Assembly (NCBI GenBank): GCA_016929645.1
Contig: JAFGIK010000026.1
Span: 14,288-78,287, forward strand
DNA length: 64,000 nt
Origin: Candidatus Dojkabacteria bacterium
GTDB lineage: Bacteria > Patescibacteriota > Dojkabacteria > SC72 > JAFGCJ01
Direction: 5' to 3'
Of the stretch, positions 61,844-64,000 are shown one piece after another (position 1 is the stretch's first letter; the number at the start of each line of letters is the position of its first letter). A program made the position numbers and the translations under genes. Under the pieces are notes generated by a model, which saw only the letters and a list, made by a program, of their open reading frames with translations, had not been told where the DNA came from and searched no databases.

Positions 61844-61885
61844 TCGGGGTGACTCGACTTGAACGAGCGACCCCACGCACCCCAT
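61844..61885 (-). pseudogene. 3' half of a second tRNA-Pro(GGG) (anticodon loop to discriminator)
   Basis: AUGGGGU-GCGUG-GGGUC-GCUCG-UUCAAGU-CGAGU-CACCCCG-A; acceptor strand complements the 5' half at 62015-62053. Confidence 0.55.
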
Positions 61886-61887
61886 TC

Positions 61888-61990
61888 TGTCAACTTACAA
61901 ATCGGGATGACCCGACTTGAACGGGCGACCTCACGCACCCCATGCGTGCGCACTAGCCAACTGTGCTACATCCCGATTTGTAAGTTGACA
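61888..61990. repeat. perfect 15-bp inverted repeats (TGTCAACTTACAAAT / ATTTGTAAGTTGACA) immediately flanking the intact tRNA-Pro, extending its acceptor stem to a 22-bp helix
   Basis: Read directly at 61888-61902 and 61976-61990. Confidence 0.7.
61902..61975 (-). tRNA. tRNA-Pro (anticodon GGG), intact
   Basis: Hand fold: CGGGAUG/CAUCCCG acceptor (C1-G72), D GCAC/GUGC, anticodon stem CACGC/GCGUG loop AUGGGGU, variable AGGUC, T-arm GCCCG-UUCAAGU-CGGGU, discriminator A. Confidence 0.85.
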
Positions 61991-62014
61991 TCTTTCCCCA
62001 ACATGGGAAACGTC

Positions 62015-62053
62015 TCCCCATGCGTGTGCTCTAGCCAAATGAGCTACACCCCG
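62015..62053 (-). pseudogene. 5' half of the second tRNA-Pro(GGG) (acceptor to anticodon loop)
   Basis: CGGGGUG-UA-GCUC-AUUUGGCUA-GAGC-A-CACGC-AUGGGGA; combines with 61844-61885 into a perfect cloverleaf. Confidence 0.55.
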
Positions 62054-62219
62054 ATTCAAAAATCAACATTTTCCCTCTACTCGAGGGGCATCTCCCCATA
62101 CTACGCACCGACCAATTTACCTAGAATTCAATACCATTTCATAAAATATTTACGATAATATCATAAAACAACAGTAATCTTACTAAATCAATACTAGTTA
62201 TCAATCAGCAATAAATCAC

Positions 62220-63266
62220 CTACCTCTTTATCTCAATTATTACTTGACTGGGAGAATCACTTTTGGAAATTTTGTATGTCGTTTCCTTTGTTAACTTAAA
62301 CGTATATGTGCTTGTTCCACTTGCAAATGATCCGGACATGCTTGGTGAAATGCCAGAAAGCTCGGTATCAATAACATTATCGGTTCCACAAATTGAATCC
62401 TTTTGTAAATTTGAAAATTTTACTGTAACCGTCTTATTGGTAGCATTATATGTCGCAGTAACTGGTGGAATTTTATTTGCTGAATTGGAAGATGTTTCCC
62501 AAACAAATTTCAGAACATCACCTTCAATAGCCCATGAGTATCTTACTAGGCTGACATCACCACTAGAGTTCACAGTTGAGAAAGTTTGGGTATTATTTGA
62601 AAAAACATTTGGGTCTGCAACGGCATCTGTATCATCTTCATCATCTGAGCCACTACTATCAAAATCACCAGAATCATCGTCAGCGGCATCATCAGGACCA
62701 TTACTCATATCTGGATAAATTACATCAAGCCAAACACTTAAGCCATCGCCTTCTCGCAATCTAAATTCGACATCACTATCAATTCCAATATTATAAATTG
62801 ACTCATTCTCATTACTGCTGATTGCATGATAAATATTTACAATACCATCTTGATTAACAGTTCTAGAGCTTTGATAGGCAATTCCACTGTTATCTGTTGA
62901 AACTCCTTTTATAATAACTTCAATATATCCAGATGCTGAATTTAAGCTAGCTGTAACCAAAGGCAATTTTGAACTGCTTGATTGGAATTTAAATTCAAAT
63001 TCATGGTAGTCCGCAACTCTAGAATCCTCAATCGAAACCAGATCATAGTCTACGTCTTCATCGTATTCACCGATGGCCTGTGCATCCATTGAAAAATCAA
63101 CAATGTCTTCAGTACCAGTATCTTTGTCATCGTTTGTGGAACTATCTGAATCGTTGCTGGAATCATCAGTAGTCTCATCTTTTTTACATCCACTGAAAAG
63201 CAAAGAGAAGGAAACAATTAATAAGATAAAAAATGAAGAAAATCTTTTCAATGAGAGTGATTTCAT
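62220..63266 (-). CDS. acidic low-complexity lipoprotein
   Basis: Lipobox LLFSGC after signal peptide; Asp/Ser-rich. Confidence 0.5.
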   Translation of the reverse strand: MKSLSLKRFSSFFILLIVSFSLLFSGCKKDETTDDSSNDSDSSTNDDKDTGTEDIVDFSMDAQAIGEYDEDVDYDLVSIEDSRVADYHEFEFKFQSSSSKLPLVTASLNSASGYIEVIIKGVSTDNSGIAYQSSRTVNQDGIVNIYHAISSNENESIYNIGIDSDVEFRLREGDGLSVWLDVIYPDMSNGPDDAADDDSGDFDSSGSDDEDDTDAVADPNVFSNNTQTFSTVNSSGDVSLVRYSWAIEGDVLKFVWETSSNSANKIPPVTATYNATNKTVTVKFSNLQKDSICGTDNVIDTELSGISPSMSGSFASGTSTYTFKLTKETTYKISKSDSPSQVIIEIKR

Positions 63267-63400
63267 TATTTAGCAAATTTAAATTTAACTAAAGATTAAG
63301 GCTTTTATGTAGAGTTTAATGCGATCAACTACTGCCTGTAATATTTATTATACTACAATTTTTAGCGACAAATTAATTTTAATCATTAACCTGAAAATTC

Positions 63401-64000
63401 TCACTGTTTCAAAAATTCACCAACCAGTCCACCTTTACTGGCTTCTACAATTTTCACTTTTTGAAAGGTTCCGATTTTGTCTGGATTAACATTATCAACA
63501 ATAACATCTGTCAAATCGTTACTCACTGCCTTTCGTGGGGATAAAACCAAAACAGTAACAGTCTTACCGACAAATCTTGTATTTCGTTTTTCAAATTCGC
63601 TAACTATAAAATCCTCAAGTTTTCGCTTTCTCTCCTTTTTCATTAACCTCGGTACATCATCATTCATCGTTGCACTTGCTGCAGGTGGTCGCGGAGAGTA
63701 TTCTGAAACATATGCCATTGAAAACTTAGATTTTTTTACTAAATCGAAAGTTTCATTGAAATCCTCTTCTGTTTCTCCAGGAAAGCCAACAATCACATCT
63801 GTGCTAAGCCTTACATTTGGGTACTTTTCATGAATATACTCAATAGTTCTAAAATAATCGTCTCTACTATAACCTCTATTCATCTTCTTCAATATCAAGC
63901 TAGAACCTGATTGAACCGGTAGATTAATGTATGAACATAATTTTTCGTTATCTTTCATCAGATCAACAATTCTACTTTCAAAATCTTTAGGATGTGAGGT
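63401..64000 (-). CDS. MiaB/RimO-family tRNA methylthiotransferase, 3' part only (gene continues beyond window end)
   Basis: LPVQSGSSLILKKMNRGY, GFPGETEEDF and C-terminal TRAM-like domain; reading frame open to window edge. Confidence 0.65.
   Translation of the reverse strand, partial: TSHPKDFESRIVDLMKDNEKLCSYINLPVQSGSSLILKKMNRGYSRDDYFRTIEYIHEKYPNVRLSTDVIVGFPGETEEDFNETFDLVKKSKFSMAYVSEYSPRPPAASATMNDDVPRLMKKERKRKLEDFIVSEFEKRNTRFVGKTVTVLVLSPRKAVSNDLTDVIVDNVNPDKIGTFQKVKIVEASKGGLVGEFLKQ

Noticed and set aside
61844-62053. Group I intron in tRNA anticodon loop
   Set aside because: Intervening segment is only about 130 nt and consists of a complete tRNA plus inverted repeats; no room for P1-P9 group I core.
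61613-62158. ORFs of 90 and 99 aa across the tRNA-Pro array
   Set aside because: They run through tRNA and tRNA-fragment sequence (GC-rich), with Cys/His/Arg-rich nonsense translation.
1-64000. rRNA genes, CRISPR arrays, integrase/transposase genes
   Set aside because: None recognisable anywhere in the window on either strand.

Overview
Low-GC (roughly one-third G+C by eye) bacterial window, densely packed with mostly housekeeping genes. Several features suggest a small-genome, possibly CPR/Patescibacteria-like bacterium: lamin-tail-domain proteins, a heliorhodopsin, a fused ADP-forming acetyl-CoA synthetase and unusual domain fusions. This taxonomic placement is inference only.

Recognisable genes include uppP, gpmI, prfB, ftsE-ftsX-M23 peptidase, hpf, fpg, a complete AmmeMemoRadiSam three-gene system, trxA, yvcK, rluA-like, gltX, aspS fused to a YbaK-like deacylase domain, recJ-recX-sppA-recA, mscL, rlmN, a PD-(D/E)xK nuclease, a 1052-aa PKD-repeat surface protein, and a 3'-partial MiaB-like gene at the window edge.

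RNA features are a tRNA-Gln(CUG) at 28480-28550 and a remarkable tRNA-Pro(GGG) locus at 61844-62053. There, an intact tRNA-Pro flanked by perfect 15-bp inverted repeats sits inside the anticodon loop of a second tRNA-Pro(GGG) copy, and further tRNA-Pro fragments are scattered nearby.

The roughly 8 kb segment between a tRNA 3' fragment at about 60950-60990 and a matching motif pair at about 53150-53176 looks like a tRNA-associated island. It carries tandem TrmB-like regulators, an SDR-deaminase fusion and unknown proteins.

Other notable items:
- A GC-rich, highly structured roughly 400-bp non-coding block lies next to tRNA-Gln.
- A GC-rich small membrane-protein gene sits beside a 14-bp perfect inverted repeat.
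- Truncated HemN-like and [FeFe]-hydrogenase-like fragments lie head-to-head.
- An RmlC/RmlD-like fusion protein is present.
- A 53-aa Cys-containing ORF is missing from the ORF track.

No CRISPR array, rRNA or recognisable transposase/integrase gene was seen.
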